The notes: generated from the letters alone by a model not told the origin. Shown: positions 28,519-37,716, counted from the stretch's first letter. The stretch is 64,000 nucleotides of DNA from Dehalococcoidia bacterium (GCA_965243745.1 CBDEVR010000002.1:967935-1031934); one strand, 5' to 3'. A program made the numbers and translations.

Positions 28519-29199
28519 ATGAAGGTATTCGTCCTCAGCGGCTCCTCGAGCATCGGGCAGGCCGCGATACGCGTGCTCCTCGACGCAGGCCACGAGGTCT
28601 GCGCGACGTACCGCTCCGGGGTGCCGGAGGGCCTCGACCGCGCGGCATGGGTGCGTGCCGACGTGCGCTCCACCGCCGACCTCGACGCGCTCGCCGGGCC
28701 CGCGGAAGGCGCCGACGTGCTGCTCCTCCTGCCCGGCCTCTCCCTCGGCCTCAAGCTGGAGACCTACGACGACGACCGCATATCGGACGTCGTGGACGTC
28801 AACTTCTCGGGTCAGTTCCGCGCCATCCAGCGCATCGCTCCCGTCATGGCGGACGGCTCCCAGATCATCGTCCTGGGCTCCCAGGCCGGCCAGCGGGGCT
28901 CGAACGATCCTCTCTACGGCGCAACGAAGGGCGCGATGCATGCCCTCGCGAAGTCGCTGGCCAAGTCGCTCACGCCCCGCACGCGCGTCAACGTCGTCGC
29001 GCCCGGCATGGTCACCGAGACCGCCATGCACGACGGAACGCCCCCGGCGTTGCTGGAAGGCCACATCAAGGCCACGCCGACCGGCCACTTCATCAGCGCC
29101 GCCGACCTCGCCCACGTCCTGCTGGACCTGATGCAGCCGCACTGGTCCCAGCTGAACGGCGCGTGCATAGACCTCAACGGCGGCATGTACGTTCGCTGA
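28519..29199 (+). CDS. SDR-family oxidoreductase
   Basis: Rossmann-type N-terminus (VLSGSSSIGQA) and catalytic Y-x3-K (YGATKGA). Confidence 0.75.
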   Translation: MKVFVLSGSSSIGQAAIRVLLDAGHEVCATYRSGVPEGLDRAAWVRADVRSTADLDALAGPAEGADVLLLLPGLSLGLKLETYDDDRISDVVDVNFSGQFRAIQRIAPVMADGSQIIVLGSQAGQRGSNDPLYGATKGAMHALAKSLAKSLTPRTRVNVVAPGMVTETAMHDGTPPALLEGHIKATPTGHFISAADLAHVLLDLMQPHWSQLNGACIDLNGGMYVR

Positions 29200-29211
29200 T
29201 AGCCTGTCCTC

Positions 29212-30066
29212 ATGGCGTACCAACCATCCCCGTTCCTCCGCAGCCTGCCGCTCTTCACGCAGGACGAGCACCAGCCGTTCCGGAAGTCCGCCCGCGGCGC
29301 GATGCGCGGGGCGGCGCTCCTCGTCCACGGCTTCCCCGGCACCCCCGCCGACATGCGCCCGCTCGCAGCATCGCTGGCAGCCGCGGGATGGGACGTCGAC
29401 GCGCCGCTGCTGCCCGGCTTCGGCCCGGAGATCATCACGCTCCCCAACCGCCGCCATGCGGAATGGAGGGACACCGTCGTGGAGCGCGTGCGCTCGCTGC
29501 GGGAGGAGCACGACAGGGTCATCGTCGTGGGACACTCCCTCGGCGCCGCGGTGGCGGTACTCTCAGCCCGGCAGGAGAGGGCCGACGGCTACGCGCTGCT
29601 CGCCCCGTTCTGGCGCTTCGGCGGACCGCTGACACACATGCTCTGGCCCGTCGTCCGGCTCTTCTTCGGACGATGGCGCCCGCTGCGCCGCGCGGACTTC
29701 TCCGACGAGCGCATCCGGCAGGGCATACAGGCCGTCATCCCCGACCTGCAGATCGACGACCCCGCGGTGCAGGCGGAGCTGCGCTCCTTCGTCGTCCCCA
29801 CGCAACTGCTGAGCGAACTGCGCAGGCTCGGCATCGCCGCGGGTGGCGCGGCGCGACGCCTGTACGCGCCGACGCTCGTCGTGCAGGGCATACGCGACAC
29901 GCTCGTGAAACCGGCCGACACCGAGCGCCTCGTCGCGCTGTTGCCGTCGGTGCGGCGTTACGAGAAGGTGGACGGCTCGCACAGCCTGCCGCTGCCGGCG
30001 GGCGGCGCGTGGGAACGCGTCGCGCAGGCGGTCCTGGACTTCGCGGACGACGTCGCGGGCGGGTGA
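29212..30066 (+). CDS. alpha/beta hydrolase (esterase/lipase-like)
   Basis: HGFPG oxyanion region and nucleophile elbow GHSLGA. Confidence 0.7.
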   Translation: MAYQPSPFLRSLPLFTQDEHQPFRKSARGAMRGAALLVHGFPGTPADMRPLAASLAAAGWDVDAPLLPGFGPEIITLPNRRHAEWRDTVVERVRSLREEHDRVIVVGHSLGAAVAVLSARQERADGYALLAPFWRFGGPLTHMLWPVVRLFFGRWRPLRRADFSDERIRQGIQAVIPDLQIDDPAVQAELRSFVVPTQLLSELRRLGIAAGGAARRLYAPTLVVQGIRDTLVKPADTERLVALLPSVRRYEKVDGSHSLPLPAGGAWERVAQAVLDFADDVAGG

Positions 30067-30074
30067 CGTCGGGG

Positions 30075-31238
30075 CTACCGCTCCGCGAGCCAGCGCCCCA
30101 GGCGGTTGAGCGCCTCCCGGATGTTCTTCTGCGAGTTCGCGAACGAGATGCGCACGTACCCCTCGCCGTACTCCCCGAACGACGTCCCCGCGAGCAGCGA
30201 CACGCCCGCCTCCTGCAGTGCGCCGCGCTCGAACTCGCCGCTCGTCATCCCCGTCCCCGTGATGTTCGGGAACGTATAGAACGCCCCCATCGGCATCGGG
30301 CAGGTGACGCCCGGCAGGTCGTTCAGCCCCGCCACCAGCAGAGCCCGGCGCTCGTTGAACTCGCCCACCATCTCCGTCACCGACTCCTGCGACGACTGCA
30401 GCGCCGTCACCGCCGCGATCTGCCCGAACGCCGCGGTGCAGGAGACGCTGTTCGTCACCAGCCGCGTCACCGGCTCCACCAGCGGCTCCGGGAAGACGCC
30501 GTAGCCCAGCCGCCAGCCCGTCATCGCGTAGCTCTTGGAGAGCCCGTCCAGCACCACCGTCCGCTCCCACATCGACGGGAAGCTCGTGATGGAGGTGTGC
30601 GACCCCTCGTAGTAGAAGTCCTTGTAGATCTCGTCGGAGAGCACGACCGCGTTCGCTTCCACCGCCAGTTCCGCGATGCGCTGCAGCGTCGGGTCCGGCA
30701 TCACGCTCCCGCACGGATTGTTCGGCGAGTTGACGATGATGAGCCGCGTGCGAGGACTGATGAGCCCGGCGAGTTCGTCCGGATCCGGGTTGTACCCGAG
30801 CTCCTCGCGCAGCCGCATAGGCACCGGCGTCGCTCCCGCGAACCGGATCATCGACTCGTAGATGGGGAAGCCGGGGTTCGGGTAGATGACCTCGTCCCCC
30901 TCCTCCGCCAGCGTGAGGATCGTGAAGAACATGATCGGCTTGCCGCCCGGCGTCACGATGATGCGGGATGCGGGCAACTCGCAGTCGAGACGCTGCCCCA
31001 CGTCCGCCGCTATCGCCTCGCGCACCTCGGTGATGCCCGGCGACGGCACGTAGTGCGTGTATCCCGCGTCCAGCGCGCCCTTCGCCGCCTCGATGATGTG
31101 CGCAGGCGTATCGTAGTCCGGTTCGCCGATGCCCAGGAAGACGATGCTGTGGCCCTGCGCTTCCAGCGCCTTCGCCCGCGCCAGCGCCTCGAACGCCGTC
31201 TCCGTCCCCAGCCGCGACATCCGCGACGCTAAACGCAT
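30075..31238 (-). CDS. PLP-dependent aminotransferase, class I (aspartate-aminotransferase-like)
   Basis: 387 aa. PLP-lysine context SKSYAMTGWRLGY and N-terminal GEPDYDTP motif. Confidence 0.8.
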   Translation of the reverse strand: MRLASRMSRLGTETAFEALARAKALEAQGHSIVFLGIGEPDYDTPAHIIEAAKGALDAGYTHYVPSPGITEVREAIAADVGQRLDCELPASRIIVTPGGKPIMFFTILTLAEEGDEVIYPNPGFPIYESMIRFAGATPVPMRLREELGYNPDPDELAGLISPRTRLIIVNSPNNPCGSVMPDPTLQRIAELAVEANAVVLSDEIYKDFYYEGSHTSITSFPSMWERTVVLDGLSKSYAMTGWRLGYGVFPEPLVEPVTRLVTNSVSCTAAFGQIAAVTALQSSQESVTEMVGEFNERRALLVAGLNDLPGVTCPMPMGAFYTFPNITGTGMTSGEFERGALQEAGVSLLAGTSFGEYGEGYVRISFANSQKNIREALNRLGRWLAER

Positions 31239-31546
31239 CGCTCACCTCCCCCCGATGCACCTCTCGAAACGGGCGCTCCACCCGATATCGCCGGGATGAA
31301 GTGCACCTCGGACTGCTCGTCGAGCGGCGTGAGCAGGCCCATGTTCGTCGGTTCGCCGTCCACGATGGCCGCGAGTCCCGGCATCAGCCGGTCGGAGTCC
31401 TCGGGGTTGACGAGGCTCTCTGCGATGCCCGGGTACCGCTCGTCGAGGTTCCGCACCAGCGCGCGCAGCGTCGCCCCCGGAACTTCCATGCTCGACTCGC
31501 CGCCCGTGTAGCGCCTGAGCGGTATCGAAACGAAGACCGTCGCCAC
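31229..31546 (-). CDS. MoaD/ThiS-family ubiquitin-like sulfur-carrier-type protein with a 15-aa extension after Gly-Gly
   Basis: Beta-grasp-type sequence ends ...VHFIPAISGG at residue 90, then continues APVSRGASGGGERCV. The 3' end overlaps the aminotransferase start by 10 nt. Confidence 0.65.
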   Translation of the reverse strand: MATVFVSIPLRRYTGGESSMEVPGATLRALVRNLDERYPGIAESLVNPEDSDRLMPGLAAIVDGEPTNMGLLTPLDEQSEVHFIPAISGGAPVSRGASGGGERCV

Positions 31547-31553
31547 GGCTGGC

Positions 31554-33863
31554 CTAGCCCTGGTGCCCGTTCTTCCCGTTCCGCTTGTTCCCCAGCGCTT
31601 CCATGATCCGGCTCGGGTTCATGGGCGTCTGGTACAGCCGCACGCCGATGGCGTCCGCTATCGCGTTGCCGACCGCGGGCGCAGGCGGGACGATGCTCGT
31701 CTCGCCGATGCCGCGCACACCGAACGGGTGGTTCGTGTTCGGCACCTCGACCACGATGGCGTCGATCATCGGCAGGTCAAGCGCGGTCGGCATCCTGTAG
31801 TCCAGGAAGCTGGCGTTCTGCATCACGCCGTCGGGGCTCGTGTAGTACTCCTCGTTGAGCGCCCAGCCGATGCCTTGCGCCGCGCCGCCCTGGAACTGGC
31901 CTTCCACGTAGGACGGGTGTACCGCCTTGCCGGCGTCCTGCGCCGCCGTGTAGCGGAGGATCTGCACCTTGCCCGTCTCCGGGTCCACCTCCACGTCGCA
32001 GAGGTGCGCCGCGAAACTGCCGCCGCCGGAGCCGCGCACGTTCACCGTCCCTGTTTTGGACACCGGGCCGCCGGTCTGGCCGAGCTTGCCCGCCGCCTCC
32101 TTGAACGTGAACCGCTGGTCCGGCGCGACCTTGTTCTGGAAGACGCCGTCCTCGAACTCCACGTTCTCAGGCTCCGTCTCCCATATCATCGCCATCCGCT
32201 TCTTGATCTCCTCCACCACCTGCTTCGCCGCCTCTATCGCCGCCTGTCCGCTGGCGTAGGTCGTACGGCTGCCTGCCGTCAGGTCGTTGTAGCCGACGGA
32301 GTCCGTGTCCGCGACGGTGGGGTGCACGTCCTCCGCCGGGAGGCAGAACACCTCCGCGGCCTGCATCGCGATCGTCGTGCGCGTCCCGCCGATGTCGGGG
32401 TTGCCCTCCACCAGCGACACCACGCCGTCGTCGTTCACGCTGATCGTGACGGAGGAGCGGTTGCCGCCGCCGTTCCAGTAGCCGCTGGCGAAGCCGCGTC
32501 CTCGCAGCTTCCCGTCAGAACTCTCGCCCAGGTCGCTCTTGAAGTGGTCGGAGTCCTTGATCGCCTCCATGCACGCCACGTTCCCGATGCGCGGAAACAC
32601 CGGCCCGTCCGGCCGGCGCGTCCCCTCCTCTGCCGCGTTGAGCAGGTGGAACTGCATCGGGTCCATCCCGATCGCCTCGCACAGCTCGGAAACGAGCGAC
32701 TCGCTGGCGAACGTAGCCTGCGGCGTGCCCGGTGCGCGGTATGCGGCCGTCTTGGACATGTTGATGACCACGTCGTAGGCGTCGATGCGGACGTTCGGCA
32801 CCTTGTAGCACGCGAAGATGCCCGCCGTCGCCGCGCTGATGGACGAGCCGGGGTACGCCCCCGCCATGTAGAGGATCTCCGCGGTCGCCGCGACGATCCT
32901 GCCGTCCTTGTCGACGCCCATCTTCGCGGTGACCTGCCCGCCGGGCCCTGGGCCTGTGGCGTCGAAGACCGACTTGCGGTCCATCGTCATCTTCACCGGC
33001 CTGCCAGACTTGCGGGAGAGCATCGCCGCGAGCGGCTCCAGGTACAGGTTGATCTTGCCGCCGAACCCGCCGCCGATCTCCATCGGCACCACGCGCACGT
33101 CGGAGAGCGGGAGCTTCAGCACCGTGGCGAGGTTGTTCCGCACGCCGAAGGGCGCCTGCGTCGTCGTCCACACAGCGAGCTTGTCGTCCGGGCTCCAGAA
33201 CGCGGTGGAGCTGTGCGGCTCGATGTACCCCTGGTGCGCCCGTGCGATCGTGTACGTCCGCTCGATGACGTGCGCCGCCTCCGCGAACGCCGCCTCCGGG
33301 TCGCCGAACTCCGTGCGGGTGTGCTCCGCGACGTTCGTGTTCGGCACCTTCTCGCCTAGGTGGTCCCCCACGAGGTCGTCGTGGATGATGACCGCGTCCG
33401 GCTTCATCGCGTCTTCCAGGCTGATGACCGCCTCGAGCGGCTCGTACTCGACGTCGATGAGCTTCAGCGCCTCCAGCGCCGTGTTCTGGTCGACGGCGGC
33501 GATCGCCGCGACGGGGTGCCCCCGGTAGACGGCCTTGCCGTGCGCCATGACGCGCTGGCTGGACCATTTGAGGTTCGTCACCTCCTCCACCATGTCCACC
33601 ATCTTGGGAGCGGTGACCGGCATGTCGTCGCCGCTGATGGCAGCGAAGACGCCCGGAGCGGCCTCCGCGCGCGAAACGTCCACCTTCTTGACGACGGCGT
33701 GAGCGTACGGGCTGCGCAGCACCGCGCCGTGGATGAGGCCCGGAAGCTTCAGGTCCGCGCCGTACTGGGCGCGGCCCAGCACCTTGTCGACGCCGTCGTG
33801 CCTGATGGGACGGCTGCCCACCACCTTGAAGTCCTGTGCGGGACGGTCATCGGTCGTAGTCAT
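31554..33863 (-). CDS. xanthine-dehydrogenase-family molybdopterin-binding (large) subunit
   Basis: 769 aa with aldehyde oxidase/xanthine dehydrogenase a/b-hammerhead and Moco-binding pattern. Follows the FeS and FAD subunit genes. Confidence 0.85.
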   Translation of the reverse strand: MTTTDDRPAQDFKVVGSRPIRHDGVDKVLGRAQYGADLKLPGLIHGAVLRSPYAHAVVKKVDVSRAEAAPGVFAAISGDDMPVTAPKMVDMVEEVTNLKWSSQRVMAHGKAVYRGHPVAAIAAVDQNTALEALKLIDVEYEPLEAVISLEDAMKPDAVIIHDDLVGDHLGEKVPNTNVAEHTRTEFGDPEAAFAEAAHVIERTYTIARAHQGYIEPHSSTAFWSPDDKLAVWTTTQAPFGVRNNLATVLKLPLSDVRVVPMEIGGGFGGKINLYLEPLAAMLSRKSGRPVKMTMDRKSVFDATGPGPGGQVTAKMGVDKDGRIVAATAEILYMAGAYPGSSISAATAGIFACYKVPNVRIDAYDVVINMSKTAAYRAPGTPQATFASESLVSELCEAIGMDPMQFHLLNAAEEGTRRPDGPVFPRIGNVACMEAIKDSDHFKSDLGESSDGKLRGRGFASGYWNGGGNRSSVTISVNDDGVVSLVEGNPDIGGTRTTIAMQAAEVFCLPAEDVHPTVADTDSVGYNDLTAGSRTTYASGQAAIEAAKQVVEEIKKRMAMIWETEPENVEFEDGVFQNKVAPDQRFTFKEAAGKLGQTGGPVSKTGTVNVRGSGGGSFAAHLCDVEVDPETGKVQILRYTAAQDAGKAVHPSYVEGQFQGGAAQGIGWALNEEYYTSPDGVMQNASFLDYRMPTALDLPMIDAIVVEVPNTNHPFGVRGIGETSIVPPAPAVGNAIADAIGVRLYQTPMNPSRIMEALGNKRNGKNGHQG

Positions 33864-33875
33864 GTCGCTCGGCTC

Positions 33876-34367
33876 CTAGGTCGTCTTGTCCGCGGCGCTC
33901 TGCACCGCGCGCACGATCTTGTCGTATCCGGTGCACCGGCACAGGTTGCCGGCGAGCCAGAGACGGATGCGGTGTTCGTCCGGGTGCGGCTCGCGTTCCA
34001 GCAGCGCCCGCGCCGCCACGAGGAAGCCGGGTGTGCAGATGCCGCACTGGAGCGCGGCCTCCTCCAGGAATGCCTGCTGCAGCGGGTGCAGCCCGTGCGG
34101 CGGCGCCATCCCCTCGATCGTGTCCACCTGCCTGCCGTCTACCTCGGCGGCGAGCACGAGGCACGAGTCGACGATGCGCCCGTCCATCGAGACGGTGCAC
34201 GCGCCGCAGTTGCCGTCGTTGCAGCCTTCCTTCGTCCCCGTGAGGCCGACCACCTCGCGGAGCGCTTCCAGCAGCGACTGGTACGGCGCCGCGAGGAACT
34301 CCGCCGGCTGTCCGTTCAGCGTACAGGCGACCGGGATCTTCCGGACTGGTGTCTCTTGTTGCGTCAT
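33876..34367 (-). CDS. (2Fe-2S)-binding small subunit of the Mo-hydroxylase
   Basis: Start at MTQQET (34367). Two [2Fe-2S] Cys clusters are present (C-x4-C-x2-C...C and C-x2-C...C-x-C: CNDGNCGACTV, QCGICTPG, CRCTGY). The upstream part of tracked ORF 33876..34913 is Arg/Gly junk overlapping the FAD subunit gene. Confidence 0.85.
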   Translation of the reverse strand: MTQQETPVRKIPVACTLNGQPAEFLAAPYQSLLEALREVVGLTGTKEGCNDGNCGACTVSMDGRIVDSCLVLAAEVDGRQVDTIEGMAPPHGLHPLQQAFLEEAALQCGICTPGFLVAARALLEREPHPDEHRIRLWLAGNLCRCTGYDKIVRAVQSAADKTT

Positions 34368-34378
34368 TCCCTGCCTTC

Positions 34379-35251
34379 TCAGCGATTTGCCTGGGCGCGC
34401 TCCAGCGCGATGGCGAGCGTCCGGCGCGTGAGCACCTTCACCAGTTCGATGCGGTGCTCCGCCGTGCCTCGCATGTCGCCTATGGGCGTCGCCTCGGTGG
34501 AGGCGGCCTCTCCCGCCTCCGCGAACGTCTCCGGTGTCGCGGGCTTGCCCGCGAGGAACGCCGACGCCTTGGCCGCGAACAGCGGCTTCGGCCCCACCGC
34601 GGCCAGCGCGATGCGCCCCGACGCGATGGTCGCGCCGTCCTCGGCCAGCGTCAGCGCGCTTGCGACTCCCGCCACTGCGATGTCCATCTCGTTCCGCGGG
34701 ATGAAGCGCTGGTACGCCGCGCCGAACCCCTTCGGTGGAACGGGCGCCTCCAGCGCCACCAGTAACTCTCCGCGTCCGAGGACATTCGCGCCCGGGCCCG
34801 TGCAGAAGTCCTCGACCGGCACACGCCGCTCGCCTTTCGGCCCCCGCACGACCGCCACCGTGGAGTGGACGATGAGCGGGCAGATGCCGTCCGCGCTCGG
34901 CGAGGCGTTGCACAGGTTCCCGCCCAGGCTCGCCCGCGACTGTATCTGGATGCCGCCGATGAGCGACGCCGCGTCGATGAGCCCGGGGAACGCGGCTGCG
35001 ACGGCGTCGTTCTCGTAGATCCGGTAGCAGGGGACCGCCGCGCCGATGCGGAGACTCCCGTTCAGCTCGAGCGCCGTCGCCTCGGGCACGCCCTTCAGGT
35101 CGACGATGGCGTCGAGGTCGAACCTCCCGCCGCGCAGTTGCACGAGGACGTCGGTGCCTCCGGCGAACGGCCTCGCGCGTTCGCCGTGCTGTTCGAGCAC
35201 GGCTATCGCTTCGTCCAGAGTGCGCGGGGCAACGTAGATGAACGGATGCAA
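34379..35251 (-). CDS. FAD-binding medium subunit of the Mo-hydroxylase (CoxM-like)
   Basis: TTG at 35251 is preceded by GGAGGAA with 7-nt spacing. N-terminus (L)HPFIYVAPRTLDEA and GGTD motif are typical of this family. Predicted length 290 aa. Confidence 0.75.
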   Translation of the reverse strand: MHPFIYVAPRTLDEAIAVLEQHGERARPFAGGTDVLVQLRGGRFDLDAIVDLKGVPEATALELNGSLRIGAAVPCYRIYENDAVAAAFPGLIDAASLIGGIQIQSRASLGGNLCNASPSADGICPLIVHSTVAVVRGPKGERRVPVEDFCTGPGANVLGRGELLVALEAPVPPKGFGAAYQRFIPRNEMDIAVAGVASALTLAEDGATIASGRIALAAVGPKPLFAAKASAFLAGKPATPETFAEAGEAASTEATPIGDMRGTAEHRIELVKVLTRRTLAIALERAQANR

Positions 35252-35290
35252 GGAACTCTTCCTCCGGCTGGGGTGCGCCGACCGCGCACT

Positions 35291-35319
35291 ATTATTGCGA
35301 AACCCCAACGTCATCGCAA
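35291..35319 (-). promoter_or_regulatory. candidate promoter (and possible operator) of the Mo-hydroxylase operon
   Basis: On the minus strand: TTGCGA, 17-nt spacer, AATAAT. The -35 hexamer is also one arm of an inverted repeat TTGCGA...TCGCAA. Confidence 0.3.
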
Positions 35320-35497
35320 ATCTCCGGCAGACGTGCTGAGCGGACGCAGCACGGCGGTTCGTCATGCCTGCAATCCGACAGAGCATGCAACATGCGATGC
35401 GATTTTCGACGCGAAATATCGCCGCTTGCGTGTAGCCCGTCATGCCGCTACAATGCGGGCCGTCGTCGGTTCCGTTCGGATCTCTGACCCTCAGGCT

Positions 35498-35527
35498 TTG
35501 ACAAGCTCGTGGGTGGCGGCAAATACT
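35498..35527 (+). promoter_or_regulatory. candidate sigma-70-type promoter of the RRM-protein gene
   Basis: Perfect TTGACA (35498-35503), 18-nt spacer, AATACT. About 40 nt upstream of the GTG start. Confidence 0.4.
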
Positions 35528-35568
35528 ACGGCGACGCGCCAGTTTGCGTAGCTTGGAGGACAGCCACA

Positions 35569-35838
35569 GTGGCAGAGGACAGCAATCGCTTGTTTGTAGG
35601 CAACATACCGTTCAGGATGACTCAGGACGAACTCCATGACCTCTTCTCTCAGGCAGGGGCGGTGGTTTCGGTCCACATCCCGACGGACAGAGAGACGGGA
35701 CGCCCTCGCGGCTTCGGGTTCGTCCAGATGGAGGACGACACTGCGAAGGAGCAGGCGGTCCAGATGTTCAACGGCTACTCGGTGAGTGGCCGGGCGCTCG
35801 TGGTCAACGAGGCCCGCCCCCGCGAACCCCGCTTCTAG
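35569..35838 (+). CDS. RRM-type RNA-binding protein
   Basis: GTG at 35569 lies 8 nt after GGAGGA. RNP2 (LFVGNI) and RNP1 (RGFGFVQM) motifs are present. Confidence 0.8.
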   Translation: MAEDSNRLFVGNIPFRMTQDELHDLFSQAGAVVSVHIPTDRETGRPRGFGFVQMEDDTAKEQAVQMFNGYSVSGRALVVNEARPREPRF

Positions 35839-35852
35839 GAATCGCCCGGGCA

Positions 35853-35885
35853 AGAGCGCCGCAGTATCTGCGGCGCTCTTTCAAT
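35853..35885. terminator. stem-loop between convergent RRM and thrC genes (probable bidirectional terminator)
   Basis: Perfect 12-bp stem AGAGCGCCGCAG / CTGCGGCGCTCT with a 3-nt loop, followed by a short T-rich tail (TTTCAAT). Confidence 0.5.
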
Positions 35886-35912
35886 CCACCGTGACCCGCT
35901 CGACCGGCGGCT

Positions 35913-37088
35913 TCACGCGCCCATCGACACGTCCGTGTACTTGCTCCCCGCGCCCGTGACGATGAGCACCGTCTCCGTCTCCGGCGCCAGGAACCCGGAC
36001 TCCCGCAGCTTGCGGTAGGCCACGAGCGTCGCCGCGCCCTCCGGCGCGGACCAGACGCCCTCGGCGGACGCCATCTCCCGCATCCCTGCGAGAATCTCCG
36101 CGTCCGTCACCGCGATGGCCGTACCGCCGCTCTCGCGCACCGCGTCCAGGATCAGGTAGTCCCCCACCGAGGCCGGCACACGGATGCCCGCCGCTATCGT
36201 CTGCGCGTTCTCCCACGGCTCCGCGTGACGGACACCCTGCTCGAACGCCCGCACGATCGGCGCGCAGCCCGTGGACTGCACCACGATCATCTTCGGACGC
36301 TCCGGCCCGATCCACCCCAGGCACTCCATCTCGCTGAACGCCTTCCACATCGCCACCAGGCCCATGCCGCCGCCCGTCGGGTAGATGATCGCCTCCGGCA
36401 GGCGCCAGCCCAGCGACTCCGCGATCTCGTACCCCATCGTCTTCTTCCCCTCGACCCGGTACGGCTCCCGCAGCGTCGAGACGTCGAACAGGCCCAGCTC
36501 CGCCGCCTTCTCGCGGGAGAGTCTGCCTGCCTCGTTGATGAGCCCCTTCACCAGCGTCAGGTGCGAGCCTGCGAGCGCGGCTTCGGTCTTCGCCGCGGGG
36601 GGCGCGTCCTCCGGCATGAACACGAAGGCCTCCATGCCGCCACGGGCGCAGTACGACGCCAGCGCGCCGCCCGCGTTGCCCGCGGACGGCGCCGTGAGCC
36701 GCGTCAGCCCCAACTCCTTCGCCCGCGACACCGCCGACGACAGCCCGCGCGCCTTGAAGGTGCCCGTGGGGTTCTGCCCCTCGTCTTTGATGTAGAGCGT
36801 GCGGGCGTCCAGCGACCGCTCGAGGTTCGAGGCGCGCATCATCGGCGTGCCGCCCTCGCCCAGCGTGACGATGTTCGACTCGTCGCGGACGGGCATCAGC
36901 TCGAAGTAGCGCCAGATGGTGGGCGGACGGTTGGCGAACACCGACGGGGCGACGTCGCGGCGCACCGCGTCGATGTCGTAGCGGGGGTAGAGGACCTTCT
37001 GAGCGGCTGGCGAGAGGGTGTGCGGTTCGTCGGCGTTATACGTCTCTCCCGTCTCGGTGCATTCGAGATGGGACAGATAGCTGTGCAT
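35913..37088 (-). CDS. thrC: threonine synthase
   Basis: PLP-lysine motif GTFKARG and an N-terminal Thr-synthase-type segment (LECTETGETY). Confidence 0.85.
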   Translation of the reverse strand: MHSYLSHLECTETGETYNADEPHTLSPAAQKVLYPRYDIDAVRRDVAPSVFANRPPTIWRYFELMPVRDESNIVTLGEGGTPMMRASNLERSLDARTLYIKDEGQNPTGTFKARGLSSAVSRAKELGLTRLTAPSAGNAGGALASYCARGGMEAFVFMPEDAPPAAKTEAALAGSHLTLVKGLINEAGRLSREKAAELGLFDVSTLREPYRVEGKKTMGYEIAESLGWRLPEAIIYPTGGGMGLVAMWKAFSEMECLGWIGPERPKMIVVQSTGCAPIVRAFEQGVRHAEPWENAQTIAAGIRVPASVGDYLILDAVRESGGTAIAVTDAEILAGMREMASAEGVWSAPEGAATLVAYRKLRESGFLAPETETVLIVTGAGSKYTDVSMGA

Positions 37089-37091
37089 GAC

Positions 37092-37484
37092 CTAGCCTCC
37101 GGTGATCCACCGCCACAGACGGGAGAGAGGGCCGGCAGGTTGTGGATCATCCATCGGCTGCCCGCGCCAGCGCCGTTCCACCGTCCGACGCGGCCTGGTG
37201 AAGTAGGCGACGTAGGCGAAGACGAACAACACCACGCTCGCCAGAAAGAAGGGGCCGCCGCCGGGCACGCCCAGCGGGCCGGCCACGACCGAGAGGATGA
37301 GCAGGACGATGCCCGCGAGCAGCAGTCTGCCGGGCGTGGGCCGGACGAACCTGCCCAGCCCGGGCCGGCGCGAGCGTGTCGCACGGCGAGAGGAGCGGGG
37401 CGTCCGGCCTGAACCGTCGTCCTGGCCCTCTTCTCCGGCCTGGCCGAGTATCTCTTCTATCTCGCGTTGATAACGCTGCGCCAC
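37092..37484 (-). CDS. hypothetical membrane protein
   Basis: 130 aa with a charged N-terminus and two hydrophobic helices. Its stop lies 3 nt before the thrC start. No family recognised. Confidence 0.5.
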   Translation of the reverse strand: MAQRYQREIEEILGQAGEEGQDDGSGRTPRSSRRATRSRRPGLGRFVRPTPGRLLLAGIVLLILSVVAGPLGVPGGGPFFLASVVLFVFAYVAYFTRPRRTVERRWRGQPMDDPQPAGPLSRLWRWITGG

Positions 37485-37582
37485 GGGTCTCTTCCTCCTT
37501 CGCTATTCACCGGCGAAGCAGGCAACTTAATCATACCACCGCCAAGTCAAGGTGTATGCGTCAACCCCTCAGCCCTTCCCTT

Positions 37583-37708
37583 GTCATTCCGAGCGAAGCC
37601 GTCGACGCAGTCGATGGCGCAGCCGAGGAATCTCTCAGGGAGCGCTCCGTGCACACGATTGTTTTCCCGAGAGATGTTTCGACTCCGCTTCGCTTCGCTC
37701 AACATGAC
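37583..37708. repeat. MITE/REP-like imperfect inverted-repeat element
   Basis: Left arm GTCATTCCGAGCGAAGC...CGAGGAATCTCTC. The right arm reverse-complements to GTCATGTTGAGCGAAGCGAAGC...CGAAACATCTCTC. Intergenic, between two minus-strand genes. Confidence 0.55.
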
Positions 37709-37716
37709 AGAGAGGA

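Noticed and set aside
28647-31232. 861-aa plus-strand ORF
   Set aside because: It runs out of frame across the SDR and hydrolase genes and antisense across the aminotransferase. The translation is Arg/Pro/Ala low-complexity.
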